A DNA stretch of 32,000 nt from Candidatus Saganbacteria bacterium (GCA_026387835.1 JAPLKZ010000010.1:1-32000); one strand, 5' to 3'. Counted from the stretch's first letter, positions 1 to 8,848 are shown. The notes: a model not told the origin generated them from the letters alone. Numbers and translations: made by a program.

Positions 1-457
1 CATACGACTCATTTCCCCACGGATATATTCTTCCTTCAGTCCCTCTTGCCGCGAATTCCCATTGTGCTTCTGTAAGCAGACCGAACTTCCTGCCAGTTGT
101 TTCCATTAGAAATTTGCAGTATTCGGTTGCATCGTTCCAGGAAACATTGACTACAGGATGTAACGCAAACTCTGTGTTAGCCACAAGTTGAGGTATTTCT
201 CTATTCATTGCCTGAAGAAAACCAAGGTATTCACCGTTCGTCACAGGATATTTGCCTATGGCAAAATCTCTTAATGTGACCTCTCTTATAGGCTGGGCAT
301 CGCTAAACCTTGTGCTGCCCATTGAGAACTTCCCGCCGGCCACCCTTACCATTTCGGGAAGGTTTACTCTCGCCTCCAGTGCTATTGGCTGTAAAACCAC
401 GTGTTTCTCTTCTATTCTTATTACTCTCATTCCTCTGATAGTCGTTCCTATTGCCAT
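1..457 (-). CDS. Formylglycine-generating enzyme (FGE/SUMF1) family protein, N-terminal part; 3' end lies outside the window
   Basis: Not in the ORF track because it runs off the left edge. Hand translation from ATG at 455..457, with AAGGAG about 9 nt upstream, gives MAIGTTIRGMRVIRIEEKHVVLQPIALEARVNLPEMVRVAGGKFSMGS...YPVTNGEYLGFL...HPVVNVSWNDATEYCKFL...GLLTEAQWEFAARGTEGRIYPWGN. It stays open to position 1. The motifs are typical of the sulfatase-modifying-factor fold. Confidence 0.75.
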   Translation of the reverse strand, partial: MAIGTTIRGMRVIRIEEKHVVLQPIALEARVNLPEMVRVAGGKFSMGSTRFSDAQPIREVTLRDFAIGKYPVTNGEYLGFLQAMNREIPQLVANTEFALHPVVNVSWNDATEYCKFLMETTGRKFGLLTEAQWEFAARGTEGRIYPWGNESY

Positions 458-567
458 TTTATTTTCTCCTTATTGAGACCTCTGAAATTCAGCCCTTTTT
501 GGCCTCATATGTCCATCGTCAATTCTTTTGCAAGATTTCACTATTTTTATGGTGTGATTGGAAAAGT

Positions 568-783
568 ATGAGGACATGTCTGCCTGCCCTCTTTCGGCAG
601 GTAAAGCGGCAAGCAGGCTGCGTACCGCTGTTCCGCTGGCGGGCAAATTTCTGTAATGCTATTGTTGAACAGGGGGAGATATTGAGGATATCACAAATTG
701 AGACATCCTTGAAATATCATAAAATGGTTTACGCGTTCACGGAGCAAGGAATTGCCATGCTATCACGCGCTGTTATGCAATAA
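568..783 (+). pseudogene. Degenerate remnant of an ORF6N-domain gene, truncated at both ends
   Basis: Frame of ORF 451..783. The tail ...RQVKRQ...ILRISQIETSLKYHKMVYAFTEQGIAMLS resembles the ORF6N core as I remember it (..VKRN..RFP.DFMFQLT....NLRSQIVTSS.GG.R..PYAFTEQGVAMLS), with similar spacing between the VKR and YAFTEQG blocks. The N-terminal and C-terminal parts of a full-length (about 150-190 aa) protein are missing. The 451 start is TTG, and the first ATG is at 568. Confidence 0.4.
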
Positions 784-792
784 TGATAGATA

Positions 793-1311
793 TCAACGTT
801 TTGTGTACTGGAATCTCTTCCTCGCGCGCTTTTGTCCGTATTTTTTGCGCTCTTTCGTCCTTGGGTCCCTTACAAGACATCCGGCTTTCCCGAGGATGCT
901 TTTTAACGAGGGATCGATCAGGACCAACGCCCTTGCGATCCCTAGCTTTATTGCTCCGGCCTGGGAACAAACTCCCCCGCCGTTAGCTATTACATCGATA
1001 CTGTAAACGCCCGGGACATTTGCTATCTTCAACGGCTTCAACATCTCGGATATCAATATGTGCCTTCCGGCGACATAAACTTCGTGATCCCTGCCGTTAA
1101 TAGTTATTTTGCCTTCGCCTTTGTAAAGCTTGACCCTTGCCACGGAAGTCTTTCTTCGGCCTACCGCGCAGAAGGTCTCCTCCGCTGCTTTTTTGGGGTG
1201 GCGTTTTTTTGTCTCGTGCACGGTCTCCGGCTGTTTTACATCGGCATCTGCTGCCACTGCTTTTGGCTTCGGCGTCTTTTTTGGTTTTTGTGTTGTTTCT
1301 TCGGTCATCAT
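793..1311 (-). CDS. rpsI: 30S ribosomal protein uS9 with N-terminal extension
   Basis: The C-terminal ~130 aa are canonical S9 (GRRKTSVARVKL...GGGVCSQAGAIKLGIARAL...RDPRTKERKKYGQKRARKRFQYTKR). Tandem ATG ATG at 1311/1308 follow AAGGAG. A ~43 aa Lys/Pro/Glu-rich leader precedes the S9 core. Confidence 0.93.
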   Translation of the reverse strand: MMTEETTQKPKKTPKPKAVAADADVKQPETVHETKKRHPKKAAEETFCAVGRRKTSVARVKLYKGEGKITINGRDHEVYVAGRHILISEMLKPLKIANVPGVYSIDVIANGGGVCSQAGAIKLGIARALVLIDPSLKSILGKAGCLVRDPRTKERKKYGQKRARKRFQYTKR

Positions 1312-1321
1312 TTACTCCTTT

Positions 1322-1759
1322 TTATATTTCCAGTGCCTGCGGTTTTTGTGAGGCCTCTCTGTATTTACCGTCTTTGTACACTTTCAGCTTGGTTATTAGC
1401 CTGTCTCCGAGACGCCCCCTGGGCAGCATCCCTCTTACCGCATGGCGTATCACTTCTTCGGGACGCTTTTTCATCCTGTCCTCAAGATTCACTGATTTTG
1501 CGCCGTGAGGATACCCGCTGTGCGTGAAGTATTGCTTTTGTTTCATCTTTTTTCCTGTCACTTTGATCTCCGAGGCATTGATTATTATGACAAAATCACC
1601 CGTATCGCAGCTCGGCGTGAATATCTCCTCGTCCTTTCCTCTGAGTATATCCGCCACCTTTACGGCAAGCCTTCCGAGGACCTTGCCTGAAGCGTCCACC
1701 AGGTACCAGTTCTTCTTTATTTTTTCTTCGCTTGCCGAAAATGTCGTGTTTCTTTTCAT
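1322..1759 (-). CDS. rplM: 50S ribosomal protein uL13
   Basis: 145 aa. WYLVDASGKVLGRLAVKVADILRGK...HSGYPHG...RHAVRGMLP is the L13 signature. ATG start with AGGAAGG upstream. Confidence 0.95.
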   Translation of the reverse strand: MKRNTTFSASEEKIKKNWYLVDASGKVLGRLAVKVADILRGKDEEIFTPSCDTGDFVIIINASEIKVTGKKMKQKQYFTHSGYPHGAKSVNLEDRMKKRPEEVIRHAVRGMLPRGRLGDRLITKLKVYKDGKYREASQKPQALEI

Positions 1760-1781
1760 TTTTTATAACCCTTCCTGGCGC

Positions 1782-2132
1782 TCACAATAGCTCCAACAAT
1801 ACCATATCCGTGGCGTCACCCCTTCTTTTACCGATGAGGGTCAGCCTTGTGCATCCCCCGCTGTGGCTTTTGAACCTTTCTCCCGCCGACTTGAAGAATC
1901 CTGTCACCAGGGTTTTATCGGGAACTATAGAAAGCGCTCTTCTGAGAGAAGAAAGACCGCCTTTTTTTGACAGGGCTATGATCTTTTCCACGGTCTTTCT
2001 GACCTCCTGTCCTCTTCTCTTCGATATCTTTATCTTCCCGTTCTTTATCAAAGCTATAGTAAGGGACCTCAGGAGCGCCATCCTTTGGTCTGTCGCCTTA
2101 TTTAATTTCCGGTATCCTAATCTGTGTCTCAT
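1782..2132 (-). CDS. rplQ: 50S ribosomal protein bL17
   Basis: 116 aa. MRHRLGYRKLNKATDQRMALLRSL is the canonical L17 N-terminus. It has a 4-nt ATGA overlap with the rpoA stop. Confidence 0.95.
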   Translation of the reverse strand: MRHRLGYRKLNKATDQRMALLRSLTIALIKNGKIKISKRRGQEVRKTVEKIIALSKKGGLSSLRRALSIVPDKTLVTGFFKSAGERFKSHSGGCTRLTLIGKRRGDATDMVLLELL

Positions 2133-3100
2133 TTTTCTTCGCTTTCTCCGTGCCCGGACAGCGAACCGCCCTTAAGTATCAGATTGAATTTCGCCAGCGA
2201 TTCCTTTATCTCGTCAAAAGATTTGGTCCCTAGGCTTTTTATCTTCAAAAGATCGTTCTCGGTCAGCTCGATGAGCTCCCCGACCGTATTGATGCTGGCC
2301 TTTTTCAGGCAGTTAAGCGACCTTGAAGACAGATCGATATCATCTATGTTCATCTCAAGGATGCTCGGGTCCACTTCGCCCTCTCCCGGCACATGTATTG
2401 CCAGGGCATCTGATCTTTCACCTATATGTATGAACATATTGATGTGCTTTGCCAGAACTTCCGCGGATTGTTTTACCGCGTCTTCCGGTTTCACAGCCTT
2501 GTTCGTCCACACGTCAAGGATCAGCCTGTCATAATTTATTTCCTGTCCCACGCGCACCTCTTCGGTCGTGACGTTCACTTTTTTGACCGGACTGAAGATG
2601 GAGTCGACAGGAATAGTGCCGATGGGCTGGTTGGGTTTTTTGTTCCTTTCCGACGGGACAAAACCTCTTCCTTTTTCAACTACCATCTCTATGTTAAGTT
2701 CACCCCCACTTTCAAGCGTCGCCAGATAATGCTCGGGATCTACGATCTCGACATCCGCGTCGTGCTTAATATCTCCCGCTTTTACCACCCCTTTGCCTTT
2801 TGCCTCGAGTTTGATTATTTTAGGGGCATCCGAATGCGACCTTACTATCATCTTCTTGATGTTGAGTATTATCTGCAATACGTCCTCGACAACATTGGGA
2901 ATGGTCGAAAACTCGTGAGACACCTCCTCTATCCTTATTGATGTGACCGCAGCGCCCACGAGCGAGGAAAGGAGCACTCTTCTCATGGAATTTCCGAGCG
3001 TCGACCCGTAACCTCTTTCAAGGGGTTCCACGATGAACCTTCCGTATCCGTCTTCCACCATCTCATGCCTTACCCACGGTTTCTCTCCGATCATTACCAT
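2129..3100 (-). CDS. rpoA: DNA-directed RNA polymerase subunit alpha
   Basis: 323 aa. GRFIVEPLERGYGSTLGNSMRRVLLSSL marks the N-terminal domain. The C-terminal domain has DLSSRSLNCLKKASINTVGELI. AGGAGG lies 8 nt upstream of the ATG at 3100. Confidence 0.96.
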   Translation of the reverse strand: MVMIGEKPWVRHEMVEDGYGRFIVEPLERGYGSTLGNSMRRVLLSSLVGAAVTSIRIEEVSHEFSTIPNVVEDVLQIILNIKKMIVRSHSDAPKIIKLEAKGKGVVKAGDIKHDADVEIVDPEHYLATLESGGELNIEMVVEKGRGFVPSERNKKPNQPIGTIPVDSIFSPVKKVNVTTEEVRVGQEINYDRLILDVWTNKAVKPEDAVKQSAEVLAKHINMFIHIGERSDALAIHVPGEGEVDPSILEMNIDDIDLSSRSLNCLKKASINTVGELIELTENDLLKIKSLGTKSFDEIKESLAKFNLILKGGSLSGHGESEEK

Positions 3101-3112
3101 TATTTTTGCCTC

Positions 3113-3733
3113 CTATCTTGAATAAAACTCGACTATCAGCCTTTCTTCGACCAGACTGTCCATGTCCTCCCTTTTCGGCAGATTATTCACTTTTCCTCCC
3201 AGATTGTCCGCATCAAAGCTCAGCCATACAGGGACCGTTCTTTCTTTCATCGTCTCGATAGATTTTTTTAAATTAGCCGCTGATTTTTCCCTGACATTTA
3301 CCGCATCGCCCGTCTTCACGCAATAAGAAGGGATGTTCACTTTTTTGGCGTTGACCAGAATATGCCCGTCCCTGACCATCTGTCTTGCCTGGGCCCTGGA
3401 CGAAGCAAGCCCCATCCTCCATATAACGTTGTCCAGGCGTCTTTCGAGCAGCTCCATGAGTTTTTCACCGGTAGAGCCTTTGCTGCCCGCGGCGATCGAA
3501 AAGTACCGTCTGAACTGCCGCTCCGAAAGCCCGTAGATGCTTCTGGCCTTCTGCTTTGCACGCAGCCTGATCCCGAACTCAGACGGTCTTTTTCTGCCCT
3601 GTCCGTGCTGGCCGGGGCCGTAGCTTCTTTTATCAAACGGGCATTTAGGGCCTGCACACTTTTCGCCCTTTAAAAAAAGTTTTGCTCCTTCTCTCCGGCA
3701 TATTTTGCATACCGGGCCGGTGTGTCTTCCCAT
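3113..3733 (-). CDS. rpsD: 30S ribosomal protein uS4 (Cys-containing zinc-ribbon type)
   Basis: 206 aa. N-terminus MGRHTGPVCKICRREGAKLFLKGEKCAGPKCPF, then an S4 RNA-binding domain (RLDNVIWRMGLASSRAQARQMV). The start directly abuts the rpsK stop (TAAATG). Confidence 0.95.
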   Translation of the reverse strand: MGRHTGPVCKICRREGAKLFLKGEKCAGPKCPFDKRSYGPGQHGQGRKRPSEFGIRLRAKQKARSIYGLSERQFRRYFSIAAGSKGSTGEKLMELLERRLDNVIWRMGLASSRAQARQMVRDGHILVNAKKVNIPSYCVKTGDAVNVREKSAANLKKSIETMKERTVPVWLSFDADNLGGKVNNLPKREDMDSLVEERLIVEFYSR

Positions 3734-4132
3734 TTATACTCTCCTTCTTTTTCTCGGCCTGCAGCCGTTGTGCGGTATCGGCGTCACATCTTTTATGGAG
3801 GTTATGTCGAGACCGGTCGCCTGCAGGGCCCTTATTGCCGTTTCCCTCCCCGATCCGGGACCTTTAACGACAACGTTCACCTCTTTCATGCCCATATCGA
3901 TAGCTTTTTTAGCTACTGTTTCGGCCGCTAACTGCGCCGCGAAAGGAGTTCCTTTCTTCGTACCCTTAAAACCCACGTTCCCTGCCGAAGCCCACGCCGC
4001 GACGTTGCCTTTTGAATCAGTTAACGAGATTATCGTGTTATTGAACGTGGCTTTTATATGGGCGGTTCCCTGTATCCCGACCCTTTTTTCCTTTTTTTTC
4101 TTTTTTACTGTTTCTTTTGGAACTGATGCCAT
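3734..4132 (-). CDS. rpsK: 30S ribosomal protein uS11
   Basis: 132 aa. [22 protein letters not shown]...[14 protein letters not shown]...[26 protein letters not shown] lies upstream. Confidence 0.96.
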   Translation of the reverse strand: MASVPKETVKKKKKEKRVGIQGTAHIKATFNNTIISLTDSKGNVAAWASAGNVGFKGTKKGTPFAAQLAAETVAKKAIDMGMKEVNVVVKGPGSGRETAIRALQATGLDITSIKDVTPIPHNGCRPRKRRRV

Positions 4133-4150
4133 GGCAGCTATTCTCCTTTT

Positions 4151-4534
4151 TTATGTTTTTCCTTCTTCTTTCTTTCTTCCGGAACCGACCGTTTTTCTCT
4201 TGCCTCTTTTTGTGCGGGCGTTCGTCTTTGTCCTCTGCCCCCTGCATGGCAGGCCCTTTTTATGGCGGCTGCCCCTGTAAGCCCCTATATCCACCAGCCT
4301 CTTTATGCTTAAAGATATGTCTTTTCTGAGATCGCCTTCTACTTTGTAATCTTTTATGACCTCCCTGATCCTGACGATCTCGTCCTCGGTCAGGTCTTTT
4401 ACGCTTGTATCCGGATTTACGGATGCTTTTTTAAGGATCTCGTTGCTTTTCGGCCTTGCTATCCCGTAGAGATAAGTAAGCCCGATCTCCACCCTTTTAT
4501 TTTTCGGAAGATCAACGCCTGCGATACGTGCCAT
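4151..4534 (-). CDS. rpsM: 30S ribosomal protein uS13
   Basis: 127 aa. [27 protein letters not shown]...[29 protein letters not shown] lies 4 nt upstream. Confidence 0.96.
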   Translation of the reverse strand: MARIAGVDLPKNKRVEIGLTYLYGIARPKSNEILKKASVNPDTSVKDLTEDEIVRIREVIKDYKVEGDLRKDISLSIKRLVDIGAYRGSRHKKGLPCRGQRTKTNARTKRGKRKTVGSGRKKEEGKT

Positions 4535-4549
4535 GGTACCTCCTGTTCT

Positions 4550-4663
4550 CTATCCCTGCCTTTGTTTGTGCTTGGGATTTGTGCATATCACTCTTATGCG
4601 GCCGTGCCTCTTTATTATTTTGCATTTTTCGCACATCGGTTTTACGGAACTTCTTACTTTCAT
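4550..4663 (-). CDS. rpmJ: 50S ribosomal protein bL36 (zinc form)
   Basis: Too short for the ORF track. Hand translation of the minus strand from ATG 4661..4663 gives [37 protein letters not shown], with stop TAG at 4550..4552. This is a textbook L36 with the CxxC...C....H zinc motif, in its canonical slot between infA and rpsM. Confidence 0.93.
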   Translation of the reverse strand: MKVRSSVKPMCEKCKIIKRHGRIRVICTNPKHKQRQG

Positions 4664-4664
4664 A

Positions 4665-4886
4665 TTATTTCCCCCTGTATGTTATCCTTCCTTTTGTAAG
4701 GTCGTAGGGAGACATCTCTACTTTTACCTTGTCGCCCGGAAGTATCCTTATAAAATGCTTCCTTATTTTCCCCGAAACATGCGCCAGTATGACCTGCCCT
4801 GTCTCCAGCTTCACGCGGAACAGCGCGCTCGGGAGCGCTTCTGTCACTTCCCCTTCAAATTCTATGACGTCCTTATCTTTTGGCAT
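4665..4886 (-). CDS. infA: Translation initiation factor IF-1
   Basis: 73 aa. [64 protein letters not shown]. Confidence 0.96.
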   Translation of the reverse strand: MPKDKDVIEFEGEVTEALPSALFRVKLETGQVILAHVSGKIRKHFIRILPGDKVKVEMSPYDLTKGRITYRGK

Positions 4887-5633
4887 TTATATCCTCGTTA
4901 ATATTTCCGCTTTATCTTCCGTTATCAGTATCGTATGCTCGAAATGGGCCGACAGTTTTCTGTCCTTCGTCACGACCGTCCACCCGTCATCAAGCGTCTC
5001 TATCTCGCTTGTCCCTATGTTCAGCATCGGTTCTATCGCGAACACCATCCCTTTTTCAAGCTTCGGTCCGGTGCCCGGACTTCCGAAGTTCGGTATCAAA
5101 GGGTCCTCATGCAGCTCGCTGCCCACCCCGTGGCCGAAAAGATCCTTAACTACGCTGTAACCATGCCGCTTAGCGTGCTGCTCTATCGACGAAGAAATGT
5201 CTCCCACTTTCTTCCCGTATCTTGCCGTTTTTATGCCCAGGTCAAGACACTCACTCGCGGTAGAAAGCAGCTTTCTTGCGGCTTTCGAGATCTTTCCTAC
5301 AGGGAACGTTTCGGCAACGTCGCCGTAATAACCTCCGACTATCGCGCCGATATCGACCCCTATTATATCGCCTTCCATCAGCAGCCGATCCGACGGGATC
5401 CCGTGGACGATCTCTTCGTTCACGGAAAGACACGACGCGTGCCTGTAGCCCCTGTACCCTTTAAATGCCGGCTTTGCTCCTCTTTTTATTATCTCCGTTT
5501 CTATTATATTGTCCAGTTCTCTTGTCGTGATCCCGGGCGCTACATTTTTTTCCGCGGTCTTCAGCACTTCCTCGGCCACTCTGCAGGCCAGCCTGATCAG
5601 TTTTATCTCTTCCTCGGTCTTTATCTTTATCAT
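4887..5633 (-). CDS. map: Type I methionine aminopeptidase
   Basis: 248 aa. Metal-ligand context VHGIP...GDIIGVDIGA...GYYGD...GHGVG..LHE...FAIEP...EHT. It has an ATGA overlap with the adk stop. Confidence 0.93.
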   Translation of the reverse strand: MIKIKTEEEIKLIRLACRVAEEVLKTAEKNVAPGITTRELDNIIETEIIKRGAKPAFKGYRGYRHASCLSVNEEIVHGIPSDRLLMEGDIIGVDIGAIVGGYYGDVAETFPVGKISKAARKLLSTASECLDLGIKTARYGKKVGDISSSIEQHAKRHGYSVVKDLFGHGVGSELHEDPLIPNFGSPGTGPKLEKGMVFAIEPMLNIGTSEIETLDDGWTVVTKDRKLSAHFEHTILITEDKAEILTRI

Positions 5634-6244
5634 AAAGACGATCTGATCCTCTCAAGTATGACGGTCAGGTCTCCCACTCCGTCAACCTTTTTGACGGCGC
5701 CTGCATAATACTTCACGAGCGGCGCTGTCTCTTTTTCGTAGATCTCAAACCTTTTTTTTATCGTTTCCTCCCTGTCATCGTCCCTGATATAAAGCTGCGA
5801 ACCGCAGTTGTCGCAGATACCTTCTTTTTTAGGGGCGTTCTTTTCGACATGGTAGACCGCTCCGCATTTTTTACAGCTTCGTCTTCCCTCCAGTCTTCTG
5901 ACTATTTCATCCTGCGGGATATCTATATAGATCACTCTGTCTATCCCTGCTATCCCCTTTACGAACTCAGCCTGTTTTACAGTCCTCGGATAACCGTCCA
6001 GAACAAACCCTTTTTCCTTTTCTTTATCGATCGCCTGGCGCGCTATCTCATTCACCACTTCGTCGGGGACCAGGGCGCCCCGGCTCAGGTACTGTTTCGC
6101 TAACCTGCCCGTCTCTGTTCCTTCCTTTATCGCTTCTCTCAAAATATCTCCCATCGATATGTGGGCGATGCCGAGGTCCTTTGCGACCACACTTGACTGG
6201 GTGCCTTTCCCGCTTCCGGGAGGCCCAAGAAAAATGAGCTTCAT
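5630..6244 (-). CDS. adk: Adenylate kinase with Cys4 zinc lid
   Basis: 204 aa. P-loop FLGPPGSGKGTQ. The lid is CKKCGAVYH...CDNCGSQLYIRDDD. It sits in the canonical position between secY and map. Confidence 0.94.
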   Translation of the reverse strand: MKLIFLGPPGSGKGTQSSVVAKDLGIAHISMGDILREAIKEGTETGRLAKQYLSRGALVPDEVVNEIARQAIDKEKEKGFVLDGYPRTVKQAEFVKGIAGIDRVIYIDIPQDEIVRRLEGRRSCKKCGAVYHVEKNAPKKEGICDNCGSQLYIRDDDREETIKKRFEIYEKETAPLVKYYAGAVKKVDGVGDLTVILERIRSSL

Positions 6245-7506
6245 CAGACCAGCAACCTCTCGTATTGCCTTGTGACCAGGTGCGACTCTATCTGCCTCAC
6301 CAGGTCCAGCGCCACTCCGACGACTATCAGAAGCGCCGTTGCACCGAGACCCTGGAAAGTCGTGATATGTGTCAGGCTCTCCACTATTGTCGGGATTATC
6401 GCTATGATGGCCAGGAACAGCGCTCCTATCAGCGTAAGCCTTGATATTATATATTCAAGATATTCAGCGGTCGGGTTTCCCGGCCTGATACCTGTTATAA
6501 AACCGCCGTACTTTTTAATGTTCTCCGCCAGTTCTTTGGGGTTGAAAGTTATCGCCGTGTAAAAATATGTAAAGAAGAAGATCAAGGCAAAATACAGCAG
6601 CATATAAATCGACCCTGATGGCGACAGCGCGCCCACGATACCCCTGAAAAAGTCATTGGGTATGAACTGCGCTATCGTCGCGGGAAAAAGTAAAAACGAT
6701 GATGCGAATATTATCGGGATCACACCGCCCTGGTTCAGCCTGATCGGAATATAGGTGCTCTGGCCTCCGTACATCTTTCTTCCGACTATCCTCTTGGCGT
6801 ACTGGACCTGCACGCGCCTCTGAGCTTCCTGTACAACGACGATCGCCACTATCATCACAAGGAACACGCAAAGAAGAACGATCAGTCCCGTGACGCTCGC
6901 TCCGCCTTTAAGTATTGTTACCGTCTGCCCTACATAAGTAGGTATCCTCGATATAATGCCGATAAATATTATTAGCGAGGCTCCGTTGCCGATGCCTCTT
7001 TCGGTTATCAGCTCTGCGATCCACATCAGAAGTGCCGTGCCGGCCGTAAGCGATATGACCGAGGAGATAAGGAACAACGGAAAGCTATAGCCTTCCAGCA
7101 GAACGCTTCTCAGCCAGAACGACATGCCGATCGACTGGAACAGGGCAAAACCTATCGTCAGGTATTTTGTGTACTGCGCTATCTGTTTTCTCCCGTGCTC
7201 GCCCTCTTTTTGCAGTTCCTCGAGCTGCGGGATCACCGCCGCCAAAAGCTGCATGACGATCGAAGCATTTATGTACGGGACTATGCCCATCGCGAATACC
7301 GAGAACTTCACAAGCGCGCCGCCTGTAAAGAGGTCAAGGAATCCCAAAAGGTTCCCCTTGCCGAACAACTCGGACAGTTTTACCGTATCTATTCCCGCGA
7401 TCGACACATGCGCCCCGAACCTGAATATCGCTATCATCACCAGGGTGAACAACACCCTCGTGCGCAGGTCTTTTATATTAACTAATCCGGAAAGACTTTT
7501 TAACAT
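6244..7506 (-). CDS. secY: Preprotein translocase subunit SecY
   Basis: 420 aa polytopic membrane protein in the canonical spc-operon position. SecY-like motifs include GIVPYINASIVMQLL and ERGIGNGASLIIF. There are 1-nt TGATG overlaps at both ends. Confidence 0.95.
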   Translation of the reverse strand: MLKSLSGLVNIKDLRTRVLFTLVMIAIFRFGAHVSIAGIDTVKLSELFGKGNLLGFLDLFTGGALVKFSVFAMGIVPYINASIVMQLLAAVIPQLEELQKEGEHGRKQIAQYTKYLTIGFALFQSIGMSFWLRSVLLEGYSFPLFLISSVISLTAGTALLMWIAELITERGIGNGASLIIFIGIISRIPTYVGQTVTILKGGASVTGLIVLLCVFLVMIVAIVVVQEAQRRVQVQYAKRIVGRKMYGGQSTYIPIRLNQGGVIPIIFASSFLLFPATIAQFIPNDFFRGIVGALSPSGSIYMLLYFALIFFFTYFYTAITFNPKELAENIKKYGGFITGIRPGNPTAEYLEYIISRLTLIGALFLAIIAIIPTIVESLTHITTFQGLGATALLIVVGVALDLVRQIESHLVTRQYERLLV

Positions 7507-7964
7507 CAGATCTGTACCGCTTTTCCTTTGGCTTCTTCTATCTTCTTCTTTGCCTCTTCGCTGAACCTGTTCGCCTCGACCGTTATGTTTTTTTTGATCT
7601 CGCCGTTTCCTAATATCTTTATCTGAAAGGAAGCTCTTTTCTTCGTCGATGAAAAGAATTTCTCTATCAGATCATCGATTTTTACGGTACACCCGTCTTC
7701 AAATACATCCAGCTGGCCGACATTCAAAATATTAAACTTTTTTTTGAAAGGATAGTTCTTGAAAGTGCCCATTTTGGGAAGCCTTCGGTACAACGGCGTC
7801 TGGCCGCCCTCGAACCTTATCCCTTTACCGCCGCCTGCTCGGCTGAGCTGTCCTTTGTGTCCGCGGCCCGCAGTCTTCCCGTGCCCCGAGGAAGTTCCCC
7901 TCGCGACTTTCTTCTTTTTCTTGTTCGATCCTTTACCCGGTTTTAACTTTGATAAGTCGATCAT
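7506..7964 (-). CDS. rplO: 50S ribosomal protein uL15
   Basis: L15 motifs GRGHKGQLSRAGG...FEGGQTPLYRRLPK. The ORF-track start at 7979 is TTG inside rpsE. I prefer the ATG at 7962..7964, which has GGAAGGA upstream and lies 1 nt after the rpsE stop. Confidence 0.9.
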   Translation of the reverse strand: MIDLSKLKPGKGSNKKKKKVARGTSSGHGKTAGRGHKGQLSRAGGGKGIRFEGGQTPLYRRLPKMGTFKNYPFKKKFNILNVGQLDVFEDGCTVKIDDLIEKFFSSTKKRASFQIKILGNGEIKKNITVEANRFSEEAKKKIEEAKGKAVQI

Positions 7965-7965
7965 G

Positions 7966-8487
7966 TTATCCTTCCACAATTTGTTTTACTTTGAGCTCTA
8001 TTCCCCTTAGGGCTGTTTCCTCTTCAAGGTTCTTCAGGTTCAAAAGGCTGTCGAGTGTGGCCCTGATCACATTGATGGCATTTGACGAACCTATAGATTT
8101 GGCGACGATATTCCTCACTCCGGCAAGTTCAAGGACCGTCCTCACAGGGCCGCCTGCTATGACGCCTTTCCCCGGAGGAGCCGTCCTTATTATAGTCTTT
8201 GTAGATGAAAATTTGCCTTCGCAGTCGTGCGGCACCGTCCCTCCTACAATGGGAACTTTTATCATGTTCTTTTTTCCGTCCTCCACGGCTTTCCTTATGG
8301 CGGAAGCCACTTCGTTCGCTTTGCCGATGCCGAGCCCGACACTTCCGGCTTCATCGCCGACGATCACGACAGCGCGGAAACTCATCTTTTTGCCGCCTTT
8401 GACGACTTTCGTTACGCGCCTTATCTGCACGACTTTTTCTTTTATCCCGCTTTCTTCCGAACCCGTATTATATTTATATTCAGCCAC
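7966..8487 (-). CDS. rpsE: 30S ribosomal protein uS5
   Basis: 173 aa. VVQIRRVTKVVKGGKKMSFRAVVIVGD...GLGIGKANEVASAIRKA. GTG start with GGGAGG 5 nt upstream. Confidence 0.94.
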   Translation of the reverse strand: MAEYKYNTGSEESGIKEKVVQIRRVTKVVKGGKKMSFRAVVIVGDEAGSVGLGIGKANEVASAIRKAVEDGKKNMIKVPIVGGTVPHDCEGKFSSTKTIIRTAPPGKGVIAGGPVRTVLELAGVRNIVAKSIGSSNAINVIRATLDSLLNLKNLEEETALRGIELKVKQIVEG

Positions 8488-8523
8488 AAAGACCTCCCTG
8501 TCCCGTTAAATAGGGACGATTAA

Positions 8524-8847
8524 TTAAAACTTCAATCCTTCCTGCCTCGCCGCATCCGCAAGGGCCTTTATTTTACCGTGGTATTTTCTTTGTCCCCTGT
8601 CGAACACGACTGTCTCTATGCCGGCTTTTTTAGCTCTTTTGCCGATAAGCTGCCCGATCTTTTTTGCGGCCTCTATATTGGCCCTGAGTTTTTCCTTGCC
8701 GAAATCCTTGTCCAGAGTGGACGCGAAAGACAGAGTCCTGCCTTCCGTGTCATCTATGATCTGGGCATAAATGTGCCCGAGAGTAACCGACACTCTCAGT
8801 CTCGGCCTTTCTTTTGTCCCTGATATTATCGCTTTTCTTTTTCCCAT
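8524..8847 (-). CDS. rplR: 50S ribosomal protein uL18
   Basis: [21 protein letters not shown]...[27 protein letters not shown]. The ORF-track start at 8907 lies inside rplF. The ATG at 8845..8847 (MGKRKAII...) is 1 nt after the rplF stop. Confidence 0.92.
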   Translation of the reverse strand: MGKRKAIISGTKERPRLRVSVTLGHIYAQIIDDTEGRTLSFASTLDKDFGKEKLRANIEAAKKIGQLIGKRAKKAGIETVVFDRGQRKYHGKIKALADAARQEGLKF

Positions 8848-8848
8848 T

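Noticed and set aside
451-783. The 110-aa plus-strand ORF considered as a genuine small gene.
   Set aside because: Its start is a TTG inside the SD and start region of the divergent FGE-like gene. The N-terminal half is hydrophobic and shows no homology I can recognise. Only the C-terminal part shows family resemblance (ORF6N), and it is truncated, so I treat it as a pseudogene remnant.
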